Assembly (NCBI RefSeq): GCF_009914755.1
Contig: NC_060925.1
Origin: the human T2T-CHM13v2.0 reference genome, Homo sapiens
Length of the DNA: 64,000 nucleotides
Strand: one strand, 5' to 3'
Below the pieces are notes generated by a model that was not told the origin of the DNA, did no database searches, and saw only the letters and a program-made list of their open reading frames with translations. Below, piece by piece: positions 1 to 13,294 of the stretch. Position numbers and translations under genes: made by a program. Each line of letters opens with the position of its first letter. Within the stretch, counting starts at the first letter, position 1.

Positions 1-421
1 AATGGAATTATCGAATGCAATCGAATGGAATTATCGAATGCAATCGAATAGAATCATCGAATGGACTCGAATGGAATCATCGAATGGAATGGAATGGAAC
101 AGTCAATGAACTCGAATGGAATCATCATTGAATGGAATCGAATGGAATCATCGAGTGGAATCGAATGGAATTATGATCAAATGGAATGGAATGTAATCAT
201 CATCAAATGGAATCAAAAATAACCATCATCAATTGGTATTGAATGGAATTGTCATCAAATGGAATTCAAAGGAATCATCATCAAATGGAACCGAATGGAA
301 TCCTCATTGAATGGAAATGAAAGGGGTCATCATCTAATGGAATCGCATGGAATCATCATCAAATGGAATCGAATGGAATCATCATCAAATGGAATCTAAT
401 GGAATCATTGAACAGAATTGA

Positions 422-3400
422 ATGGAATCGTCATCGAATGAATTGAATGCAATCATCCAATGGTCTCGAATGGAATCGTCTTCAAATGGAATGGAATGGA
501 ATCATCGCATAGAATCGAATGGAATTATCATCGAATGGAATCGAATGGAATCAACATCAAACGGAAAAAAACGGAATTATCGAATGGAATCGAAGAGAAT
601 CATCGAATGGACCCGAATGGAATCATCTAATGGAATGGAATGGAATAATCCATGGACTCGAATGCAATCATCATCGAATGGAATCGAATGGAATCATCGA
701 ATGGACTCGAATGGAATAATCATTGAACGGAATCGAATGGAATCATCATCGGATGGAAATGAATGGAATCATCATCGAATGGAATCGAATAGAATTATGG
801 AATGAAATCCAGTGTGATCATCATCGAATGGACCCGAATGGAATCATCATCCAACGGAAGCTAATGGAATCAACATCGAATGAATCAAATGGAAACACCA
901 TCGAATTGAAACGAATGGAATTATCATGAAATTGAAATGGATGGACTCATCATCGAATGGATTCGAATGGAATCATCGAATAAAATTGATTGAAATCATC
1001 ATCGAATGGAATCCAATGGTATCATTGAATGGAATCGAATGGAATCATCATCAGATGGAAATGAATGGAATCGTCATAGAATGGAATCGAATGGATTCAT
1101 TGAATGGAATCAGATGGAATCATCGAATGGACTGGAATGGAATCATTGAATGGACTTGAAAGGGATCATGATTGAATGGAATTGAATGGAATCATCGAAT
1201 GGTCTCGATTGGAATCATTATCAAATGGAATCGAATGGAATCACCGAATAGAATCGAATGGAACAATCATCGAATGGACTCAAATGGAATTATCCTCAAA
1301 TGGAATCGAATGGAATTATCGAATGCAATCGAATGGAATTATCGATTGCAATCGAATAGAATCATCGAATGGACTCGAATGGAATCATCGAATGGAATGG
1401 AATGGAACAGTCAATGAACTCGAAAGGAATCATCATTGAATGGAATCGAATGGAATCATCGAGTGGAATCGAATGGAATTATGATCAAATGGAATCGAAT
1501 GTAATCATCATCAAATGGAATCAAAAATAACCATCATCAATTGGTATTGAATGGAATTGTCATCAAATGGAATTCAAAGGAATCACCATCAAATGGAACC
1601 GAATGGAATCCTCATTGAATGGAAATGAAAGGGGTCATCATCTAATGGAATCGCATGGAATCATCATCAAATGGAATCGAATGGAATCATCATCAAATGG
1701 AATCTAATGGAATCATTGAACAGAATTGAATGGAATCGTCATCGAATGAATTGAATGCAATCATCGAATGGTCTCGAATGGAATCATCTTCTAATGGAAA
1801 GGAATGGAATCCTCGCATAGAATCGAATGGAATTATCATCCAATGGAATCGAATGGTATCAACACCAAACGGAAAAAAACGGAATTATCGAATGGAATCG
1901 AAGAGAATCTTCGAACGGACCCGAATGGAATCATCTAATGGAATGGAATGGAATAATCCATGGACTCGAATGCAATCATCATCGAATGGAATCGAATGGA
2001 ATCATCGAATGGACTCGAATGGAATAATCATTGAACGGAATCGATTGGAATCATCATCGGATGGAAACGAATGGAATCATCATCGAATGGAAATGAAAGG
2101 AGTCATCATCTAATGGAATTGCATGGAATCATCATAAAATGGAATCGAATGGAATCATCATCAATTGGAATCAAATGGAATCATTGAACGGAATTGAATG
2201 GAATTGTCATCGAATGAATTGACTGCAATCATCCAATGGTCTCGAATGGAATCATCTTCAAATGGAATGGAATGGAATCATCGCATAGAATCGAATGGAA
2301 TTATCATCGAATGGAATCGAATGGAATCAACATCAAACGGAAAAAAACGGAATTATCGAATGGAATCGAAGAGAATCATCGAATGGACCCGAATGGAATC
2401 ATCTAATGGAATGGAATGGAATAATCCATGGACTCGAATGCAATCATCATCGAATGGAATCGAATGGAATCATCGAATGGACTCGAATGGAATAATCATT
2501 GAACGGAATCGAATGGAATCATCATCAGATGGAAATGAATGGAATCATCATCGAATGGAATCGAATAGAATTATGGAATGAAATCCAGTGTGATCATCAT
2601 CGAATGGACCCGAATGGAATCATCATCCAACGGAAGCTAATGGAATCAACATCGAATGAATCGAATGGAAACACCATCGAATTGAAACGAATGGAATTAT
2701 CATGAAATTGAAATGGATGGACTCATCATCGAATGGATTCGAATGGAATCATCGAATAAAATTGATTGAAATCATCATCGAATGGAATCGAATGGTATCA
2801 TTGAATGGAATCGAATGGAATCATCATCAGATGGAAATGAATGGAATCGTCATAGAATGGAATCGAATGGATTCATTGAATGGAATCAGATGGAATCATC
2901 GAATGGACTGGAATGGAATCATTGAATGGACTCGAAAGGGATCATGATTGAATGGAATTGAATGGAATCATCGAATGGTCTCGATTGGAATCATTATCAA
3001 ATGGAATCGAATGGAATCACCGAATAGAATCGAATGGAACAATCATCGAATGGACTCAAATGGAATTATCCTCCAATGGAATCGAATGGAATTATCGAAT
3101 GCAATCGAATGGAATTATCGAATGCAATCAAATAGAATCATCGAATGGACTCGAATGGAATCATCGAATGGAATGGAATGGAACAGTTAATGAACTCGAA
3201 TGGAATCATCATTGAATGGAATCGAATGGAATCATCGAGTGGAATCGAATGGAATTATGATCAAATGGAATGGAATGTAATCATCATCAAATGGAATCAA
3301 AAATAACCATCATCAATTGGTATTGAATGGAATTGTCATCAAATGGAATTCAAAGGAATCATCATCAAATGGAACCGAATGGAATCCTCATTGAATGGAA

Positions 3401-5749
3401 ATGAAAGGGGTCATCATCTAATGGAATCGCATGGAATCATCATCAAATGGAATCGAATGGAATCATCATCAAATGGAATCTAATGGAATCATTGAACAGA
3501 ATTGAATGGAATCGTCATCGAATGAATTGAATGCAATCATCGAATGGTCTCGAATGGAATCATCTTCTAATGGAAAGGAATGGAATCATCGCATAGAATC
3601 GAATGGAATTATCATCGAATGGAATCGAATGGTATCAACACCAAACGGAAAAAAACGGAATTATCGAATGGAATCGAAGAGAATCTTCGAACGGACCCGA
3701 ATGGAATCATCTAATGGAATGGAATGGAATAATCCATGGACTCGAATGCAATCATCATCGAATGGAATCGAATGGAATCATCGAATGGACTCGAATGGAA
3801 TAATCATTGAACGGAATCGATTGGAATCATCATCGGATGGAAACGAATGGAATCATCATCGAATGGAAATGAAAGGAGTCATCATCTAATGGAATTGCAT
3901 GGAATCATCATAAAATGGAATCGAATGGAATCAACATCAAATGGAATCAAATGGAATCATTGAACGGAATTGAATGGAATCGTCATCGAATGAATTGACT
4001 GCAATCATCCAATGGTCTCGAATGGAATCATCTTCAAATGGAATGGAATGGAATCATCGCATAGAATCGAATGGAATTATCATCGAATGGAATCGAATGG
4101 AATCAACATCCAACGGAAAAAAACGGAATTATCGAATGGAATCGAAGAGAATCATCGAATGGACCCGAATGGAATCATCTAATGGAATGGAATGGAATAA
4201 TCCATGGACTCGAATGCAATCATCATCGAATGGAATCGAATGGAATCATCGAATGGACTCGAATGGAATAATCATTGAACGGAATCGAATGGAATCATCA
4301 TCGGATGGAAATGAATGGAATCATCATCGAATGGAATCGAATAGAATTATGGAATGAAATCCAGTGTGATCATCATCGAATGGACCCGAATGGAATCATC
4401 ATCCAACGGAAGCTAATGGAATCAACATCGAATGAATCAAATGGAAACACCATCGAATTGAAACGAATGGAATTATCATGAAATTGAAATGGATGGACTC
4501 ATCATCGAATGGATTCGAATGGAATCATCGAATAAAATTGATTGAAATCATCATCGAATGGAATCGAATGGTATCATTGAATGGAATCGAATGGAATCAT
4601 CATCAGATGGAAATGAATGGAATCGTCATAGAATGGAATCGAATGGATTCATTGAATGGAATCAGATGGAATCATCGAATGGACTGGAATGGAATCATTG
4701 AATGGACTCGAAAGGGATCATGATTGAATGGAATTGAATGGAATCATCGAATGGTCTCGATTGGAATCATTATCAAATGGAATCGAATGGAATCACCGAA
4801 TAGAATCGAATGGAACAATCATCGAATGGACTCAAATGGAATTATCCTCCAATGGAATCGAATGGAATTATCGAATGCAATCGAATGGAATTATCGAATG
4901 CAATCGAATAGAATCATCGAATGGACTCGAATGGAATCATCGAATGGAATGGAATGGAACAGTCAATGAACTCGAATGGAATCATCATTGAATGGAATCG
5001 AATGGAATCATCGAGTGGAATCGAATGGAATTATGATCAAATGGAATCGAATGTTATCCTCATCAAATGGAATCAAAAATAACCATCATCAATTGGTATT
5101 GAATGGAATTGTCATCAAATGGAATTCAAAGGAATCATCATCAAATGGAACCGAATGGAATCCTCATTGAATGGAAATGAAAGGGGTCATCATCTAATGG
5201 AATCGCATGGAATCATCATCAAATGGAATCGAATGGAATCATCATCAAATGGAATCTAATGGAATCATTGAACAGAATTGAATGGAATCGTCATCGAATG
5301 AATTGAATGCAATCATCGAATGGTCTCGAATGGAATCATCTTCTAATGGAAAGGAATGGAATCATCGCATAGAATCGAATGGAATTATCATCGAATGGAA
5401 TCGAATGGTATCAACACCAAACGGAAAAAAACGGAATTATCGAATGGAATCGAAGAGAATCTTCGAACGGACCCGAATGGAATCATCTAATGGAATGGAA
5501 TGGAATAATCCATGGACTCGAATGCAATCATCATCGAATGGAATCGAATGGAATCATCGAATGGACTCGAATGGAATAATCATTGAACGGAATCGAATGG
5601 AATCATCATCGGATGGAAACGAATGGAATCATCATCGAATGGAAATGAAAGGAGTCATCATCTAATGGAATTGCATGGAATCATCATAAAATGGAATCGA
5701 ATGGAATCAACATCAAATGGAATCAAATGGAATCATTGAACGGAATTGA
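422..5749 (+). repeat. Canonical 1776-bp units (L1308+S468) x3
   Basis: Landmarks at 422, 1730, 2198, 3506, 3974, 5282, 5750 alternate 1308 and 468 bp apart. Confidence 0.93.
1621..2556 (+). repeat. Internal 468-bp tandem duplication within the 1776-bp unit (example copy)
   Basis: GGAAATGAAAGGGGTCATCATCTAATGG at 1621 recurs as GGAAATGAAAGGAGTCATCATCTAATGG at 2089 (+468). The AAACGGAAAAAAACGG and TAATCCATGG landmarks each occur twice, 468 bp apart. Diagnostic copy-1/copy-2 alleles: GGGG/GGAG, ATCGCAT/ATTGCAT, AACAG/AACGG, TCTAATGGAAAGG/TCAAATGGAATGG. Confidence 0.9.
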
Positions 5750-8700
5750 ATGAAATCGTCATCGAATGAATTGAATGCAATCATCGAATGGTCTCGAATG
5801 GAATCATCTTCAAATGGAATGGAATGGAATCATCGCATAGAATCGAATGGAATTATCATCGAATGGAATCGAATGGAATCAACATCAAACGGAAAAAAAC
5901 GTAATTATCGAATGGAATCGAAGAGAATCATCGAATGGACCCGAATGGAATCATCTAATGGAATGGAATGGAATAATCCATGGACTCGAATGCAATCATC
6001 ATCGAATGGAATCGAATGGAATCATCGAATGGACTCGAATGGAATAATCATTGAACGGAATCGAATGGAATCATCATCGGATGGAAATGAATGGAATCAT
6101 CATCGAATGGAATCGAATAGAATTATGGAATGAAATCCAGTGTGATCATCATCGAATGGACACGAATGGAATCATCATCCAACGGAAGCTAATGGAATCA
6201 ACATCGAATGAATCAAATGGAAACACCATCGAATTGAAACGAATGGAATTACCATGAAATTGAAATGGATGGACTCATCATCAAATGGATTCGAGTGGAA
6301 TCATCGAATAAAATTGATTGAAATCATCATCGAATGGAATCGAATGGTATCATTGAATGGAATCGAATGGAATCATCATCAGATGGAAATGAAAGGAATC
6401 GTCATAGAATGGAATCGAATTGATTCATTGAATGGAATCAGATGGAATCATTGAATGGACTGGAATGGAATCATTGAATGGACTCGAAAGGGATCATGAT
6501 TGAATGGAATTGAATGGAATCATCGAATGGTCTCGATTGGAATCATTATCAAATGGAATCGAATGGAATCACCGAATAGAATCGAATGGAACAATCATCT
6601 AATGGACTCAAATGGAATTATCCTCAAATGGAATCGAATGGAATTATCGAATGCAATCGAATGGAATTATCGAATGCAATCGAAGAGAATCATCGAATGG
6701 ACTCGAATGGAATCATCGAATGGAATGGAATGGAACAGTCAATGAACTCGAATGGAATCATCATTGAATGGAATCGAATGGAATCATCGAGTGGAATCGA
6801 ATGGAATTATGATCAAATGGAATCGAATGTAATCATCATCAAATGGAATCAAAAATAACCATCATCAATTGGTATTGAATGGAATTCTCTTCAAATGGAA
6901 TTCAAAGGAATCATCATCAAATGGAACCGAATGGAATCCTCATTGAATGGAAATGAAAGGGGTCATCATCTAATGGAATCGCATGGAATCATCATCAAAT
7001 GGAATCGAATGGAATCAACATCAAATGGAATCTAATGGAATCATTGAACGGAATTGAATGGAATCGTCATCGAATGAATTGAATGCAATCATCGAATGGT
7101 CTCGAATGGAATCATCTTCAAATGGAATGGAATGGAATCATCGCATAGAATCGAATGGAATTATCATCGAATGGAATCGAATGGAATCAACATCAAACGG
7201 AAAAAAACGGAATTATCGAATGGAATCGAAGAGAATCTTCGAACGGACCCGAATGGAATCATCTAATGGAATGGAATGGAATAATCCATGGAGTCGAATG
7301 CTATCATCATCGAATGGAATCGAATGGAATCATCGAATGGACTCGAATGGAATAATCATTGAACGGAATCGAATGGAATCATCATCGGATGGAAACGAAT
7401 GGAATCATCATCGAATGGAAATGAAAGGAGTCATCATCTAATGGAATTGCATGGAATCATCATAAAATGGAATCGAATGGAATCAACATCAAATGGAATC
7501 AAATGGAATCATTGAACGGAATTGAATGGAATCGTCATCGAATGAATTGAATGCAATCATCGAATGGTCTCGAATGGAATCATCTTCAAATGGAATGGAA
7601 TGGAATCATCGCATAGAATCGAATGGAATTATCATCGAATGGAATCGAATGGAATCAACATCAAACGGAAAAAAACGGAATTATCGAATGGAATCGAAGA
7701 GAATCATCGAATGGACCCGAATGGAATCATCTAATGGAATGGAATGGAATAATCCATGGACTCGAAAGCAATCATCATCGAATGGAATCGAATGGAATCA
7801 TCGAATGGACTCGAATGGAATAATCATTGAACGGAATCGAATGGAATCATCATCGGATGGAAATGAAAGGAGTCATCATCTAATGGAATTGCATGGAATC
7901 ATCATAAAATGGAATCGAATGGAATCAACATCAAATGGAATCAAATGGAATCATTGAACGGAATTGAATGGAATCGTCATCGAATGAATTGAAAGCAATC
8001 ATCGAATGGTCTCGAATGGAATCATCTTCAAATGGAATGGAATGGAATCATCGCATAGAATCGAATGGAATTATCATCGAATGGAATCGAATGGAATCAA
8101 CATCAAACGGAAAAAAACGGAATTATCAAATGGAATCGAAGAGAATCATCGAATGGACCCGAATGGAATCATCTAATGGAATGGAATGGAATAATCCATG
8201 GACTCGAATGCAATCATCATCGAATGGAATCGAATGGAATCATCGAATGGACTCGAATGGAATAATCATTGAACGGAATCGAATGGAATCATCATCGGAT
8301 GGAAATGAATGGAATCATCATCGAATGGAATCGAATAGAATTATGGAATGAAATCCAGTGTGATCATCATCGAATGGACCCGAATGGAATCATCATCCAA
8401 CGGAAGCTAATGGAATCAACATCGAATGAATCAAACGGAAACACCATCGAATTGAAACGAATGGAATTACCATGAAATTGAAATGGATGGACTCATCATC
8501 GAATGGATTCGAATGGAATCATCGAATAAAATTGATTGAAATCATCATCGAATGGAATCGAATGGTATCATTGAATGGAATCGAATGGAATCATCATCAG
8601 ATGGAAATGAATGGAATCGTCATAGAATGGAATCGAATGGATTAATTGAATGGAATCAGATGGAATCATCGAATGGACTGGAATGGAATCATTGAATGGA

Positions 8701-11700
8701 CTCGAAAGGGATCATTATTGAATGGAATTGAATGGAATCATCGAATGGTCTCGATTGGAATCATTATCAAATGGAATCGAATGGAATCACCGAATAGAAT
8801 CGAATGGAACAATCATCGAATGGACACAAATGGAATTATCCTCCAATGGAATCGAATGGAATTATCGAATGCAATCGAATGGAATTATCGAATGCAATCG
8901 AATAGAATCATCGAATGGACTCGAATGGAATCATCGAATGGAATGGAATGGAACAGTCAATGAACTCGAATGGAATCATCATTGAATGGAATCGAATGGA
9001 ATCATCGAGTGGAATCGAATGTAATCATCATCAAATGGAATCAAAAATAACCATCATCAAATGGAATCAAAAATAACCATCATCAATTGGTAGTGAATGG
9101 AATTCTCATCAAATGGAATTCAAAGGAATCATCATCAAATGGAACCGAATGGAATCCTCATTGAATGGAAATGAAAGGGGTTATCATCTAATGGAATCGC
9201 ATGGAATCATCATAAAATGGAATCGAATGGAATCAACATCAAATGGAATCAAATGGAATCATTGAACGGAATTGAATGGAATCGTCATCGAATGAATTGA
9301 ATGCAATCATCGAATGGTCTCGAATGGAATCATCTTCAAATGGAATGGAATGGAATCAGCACATAGAATCGAATGGAATTATCATCGAATGGAATCGAAT
9401 GGAATCAACATCAAACGGAAAAAAACGGAATTATCGAATGCAATCGAAGAGAATCATCGAATGGACCCGAATGGAATCATCTAATGGAATGGAATGGAAT
9501 AATCCATGGACTCGAATGCAATCATCATCGAATGGAATCGAATGGAATCATCGAATGGACTCGAATGGAATAATCATTGAACGGAATCGAATGGAATCAT
9601 CATCGGATGGAAACGAATGGAATCATCATCGAATGGAATCAAATAGAATTATGGAATGAAATCCAGTGTGATCATCATCGAATGGACCCGAATGGAATCA
9701 TCATCCAACGGAAGCTAATGGAATCAACATCGAATGAATCAAATGGAAACACCATCGAATTGAAACGAATGGAATTACCATGAAATTGAAATGGATGGAC
9801 TCATCATCAAATGGATTCGAATGGATTCATCAAATAAAATTGATTGAAATCATCATCGAATGGAATCGAATGGTATCATTGAATGGAATCGAATGGAATC
9901 ATCATCAGATGGAAATGAATGGAATCGTCATAGAATGGAATCGAATGGATTCATTGAATGGAATCAGATGGAATCATTGAATGGACTGGAATGGAATCAT
10001 TGAATGGACTCGAAAGGGATCATTATTGAATGGAATTGAATGGAATCATCGAATGGTCTCGATTGGAATCATTATCAAATGGAATCGAATGGAATCACCG
10101 AATAGAATCGAATGGAACAATCATCGAATGGACTCAAATGGAATTATCCTCCAATGGAATCGAATGGAATTATCGAATGCAATCGAATGGAATTATCGAA
10201 TGCAATCGAATAGAATCATCGAATGGACTCGAATGGAATCATCGAATGGAATGGAATGGAACAGTCAATGAACTCGAATGGAATCATCATTGAATGGAAT
10301 CGAATGGAATCATCGAGTGGAATCGAAAGGAATTATGACCAAATGGAATCGAATGTAATCATCATCAAATGGAATCAAAAATAACCATCATCAATTGGTA
10401 TTGAATGGAATTGTCATCAAATGGAATTCAAAGGAATCATCATCAAATGGAACCGAATGGAATCCTCATTGAATGGAAATGAAAGGGGTCATCATCTAAT
10501 GGAATCGCATGGAATCATCATCAAATGGAATCGAATGGAATCATCATCAAATGGAATCAAATGGAATCATTGAACAGAATTGAATGGAATGGTCATCGAA
10601 TGAGTTGAATGCAATCATCGAATGGTCTCGAATGGAATCATCTTCTAATGGAAAGGAATGGAATCATCGCATAGAATCGAATGGAATTATCATCGAATGG
10701 AATCGAATGGTATCAACACCAAACGGAAAAAAACGGAATTATCGAATGGAATCGAAGAGAATCTTCGAACGGACCCGAATGGAATCATCTAATGGAATGG
10801 AATGGAATAATCAATGGACTCGAATGCAATCATCATCGAATGGAATCGAATGGAATCATCGAATGGACTCGAATGGAATAATCATTGAACGGAATCGAAT
10901 GGAATCATCATCGGATGGAAACGAATGGAATCATCATCGAATGGAAATGAAAGGAGTCATCATCTAATGGAATTGCATGGAATCATCATAAAATGGAATC
11001 GAATGGAATCAACATCAAATGGAATCAAATGGAATCATTGAACGGAATTGAATGGAATCGTCATCGAATGAATTGAATGCTATCATCGAATGGTCTCGAA
11101 TGGAATCATCTTCAAATGGAATGGAATGGAATCATCGCATAGAATCGAATGGAATTATCATCGAATGGAATCGAATGGAATCAACATCCAACGGAAAAAA
11201 ACGGAATTATCGAATGGAATCGAAGAGAATCATCGAATGGACCCGAATGGAATCATCTAATGGAATGGAATGGAATAATCCATGGACTCGAATGCAATCA
11301 TCATCGAATGGAATCGAATGGAATCATCGAATGGACTCGAATGGAATAATCATTGAACGGAATCGAATGGAATCATCATCGGATGGAAACGAATGGAATC
11401 ATCATCGAATGGAAATGAAAGGAGTCATCATCTAATGGAATTGCATGGAATCATCATAAAATGGAATCGAATGGAATCATCATCAAATGGAATCAAATGG
11501 AATCATTGAACGGAATTGAATGGAATCGTCATCGAATGAATTGAATGCAATCATCGAATGGTCTCGAATGGAATCATCTTCAAATGGAATGGAATGGAAT
11601 CATCGCATAGAATCGAATGGAATTATCATCGAATGGAATCGAATGGTATCAACATCAAACGGAAAAAAACGGAATTATCGAATGGAATCAAAGAGAATCT

Positions 11701-13294
11701 TCGAACGGACCCGAATGGAATCATCTAATGGAATGGAATGGAATAATCCATGGACTCGAATGCAATCATCATCGAATGGAATCGAATGGAATCATTGAAA
11801 GGACTCGTATGGAATAATCATTGAACGGAATCGAATGGAATCATCATCGGATGGAAATGAATGGAATCATCATCGAATGGAATCGAATAGAATTATGGAA
11901 TGAAATCCAGTGTGATCATCATCGAATGGACCCGAATGGAATCATCATCCAACGGAAGCTAATGGAATCAACATCCAATGAATCGAATGGAAACACCATC
12001 GAATTGAAACGAATGGAATTATCATGAAATTGAAATGGATGGACTCATCATCGAATGGATTCGAATGGAATCATCGAATAAAATTGATTGAAATCATCAT
12101 CCAATGGAATCGAATTGTATCATTGAATGGAATCGAATGGAATCATCATCAGATGGAAATGAATGGAATCGTCATAGAATGGAATCGAATGGATTCATTG
12201 AATGGAATCAGATGGAATCATCGAATGGACTGGAATGGAATCATTGAATGGACTCGAAAGGGATCATTATTGAATGGAATTGAATGGAATCATCGAATGG
12301 TCTCGATTGGAATCATTATCAAATGGAATCGAATGGAATCACCGAATAGAATCGAATGGAACAATCATCGAATGGACTCAAATGGAATTATCCTCAAATA
12401 GAATCGAATGGAATTATCGAATGCAATCGAATGGAATTATCGAATGCAATCGAAAAGAATCATCGAATGGACTCGAATGGAATCATCGAATGGAATGGAA
12501 TGGAACAGTCAATAAACTCGAATGGAATCATCATTGAATGGAATCGAATGGAATCATCGAGTGGAATCGAATGGAATTATGATCAAATGGAATCGAATGT
12601 AATCATCATCAAATGGAATCAAAAATAACCATCATCAATTGGTATTGAATGGAATTGTCATCAAATGGAATTCAAAGGAATCATCATCAAATGGAACCGA
12701 ATGGAATCCTCATTGAATGGAAATGAAAGGGGTCATCATCTAATGGAATCGCATGGAATCATCATCAAACGGAATCGAATGGAATCATCATCAAATGGAA
12801 TCGAATGGAATCATTGAAAGAATTGAATGGAATCATCATCGAATGAATTGAATGCAATCATCGAATGGTCTCGAATGGAATCATCTTCTAATGGAAAGGA
12901 ATGGAATCATCGCATAGAATCGAATGGAATTATCATCGAATGGAATCGAATGGTATCAACACCAAACGGAAAAAAACGGAATTATCGAATGGAATCGAAG
13001 AGAATCTTCGAACGGACCCGAATGGAATCATCTAATGGAATGGAATGGAATAATCCATGGAGTCGAATGCAATCATCATCGAATGGAATCGAATGGAATC
13101 ATCGAATGGACTCGAATGGAATAATCATTGAACGGAATCGAATGGAATCATCATCGGATGGAAACGAATGGAATCATCATCGAATGGAAATGAAAGGAGT
13201 CATCATCTAATGGAATTGCATGGAATCATCATAAAATGGAATCGAATGGAATCAACATCAAATGGAATCAAATGGAATCATTGAACGGAATTGA
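5750..13294 (+). repeat. 7545-bp higher-order repeat, copy A (L-S-S442-L-L-S-S-L1307-S)
   Basis: Landmarks at 5750, 7058, 7526, 7968, 9276, 10584, 11052, 11520, 12827, 13295. The same segment order and private variants recur at 41460-49004. Confidence 0.88.

Noticed and set aside
559-575. AAACGGAAAAAAACGG A-tract as retroelement tail or CENP-B box
   Set aside because: It is a degenerate GGAATC-AAATGG unit repeated in every module, with no target-site duplication or element body, and does not match the CENP-B box core (TTCG....A..CGGG).
979-984. AATAAA hexamer present in most L units as a polyadenylation signal
   Set aside because: It is expected by chance in A-rich satellite, with no GU-rich downstream element or gene context, and cannot be supported without 3'-end RNA data.
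1900-1920. GAATCTTC inverted nGAAn pair (heat-shock-element-like) and short palindromes (TCCATGGA, CAATTG, TTCGAA)
   Set aside because: There are only two correctly spaced pentamers, not a full HSE. The 6-8 bp palindromes are too short to imply structure or regulation.
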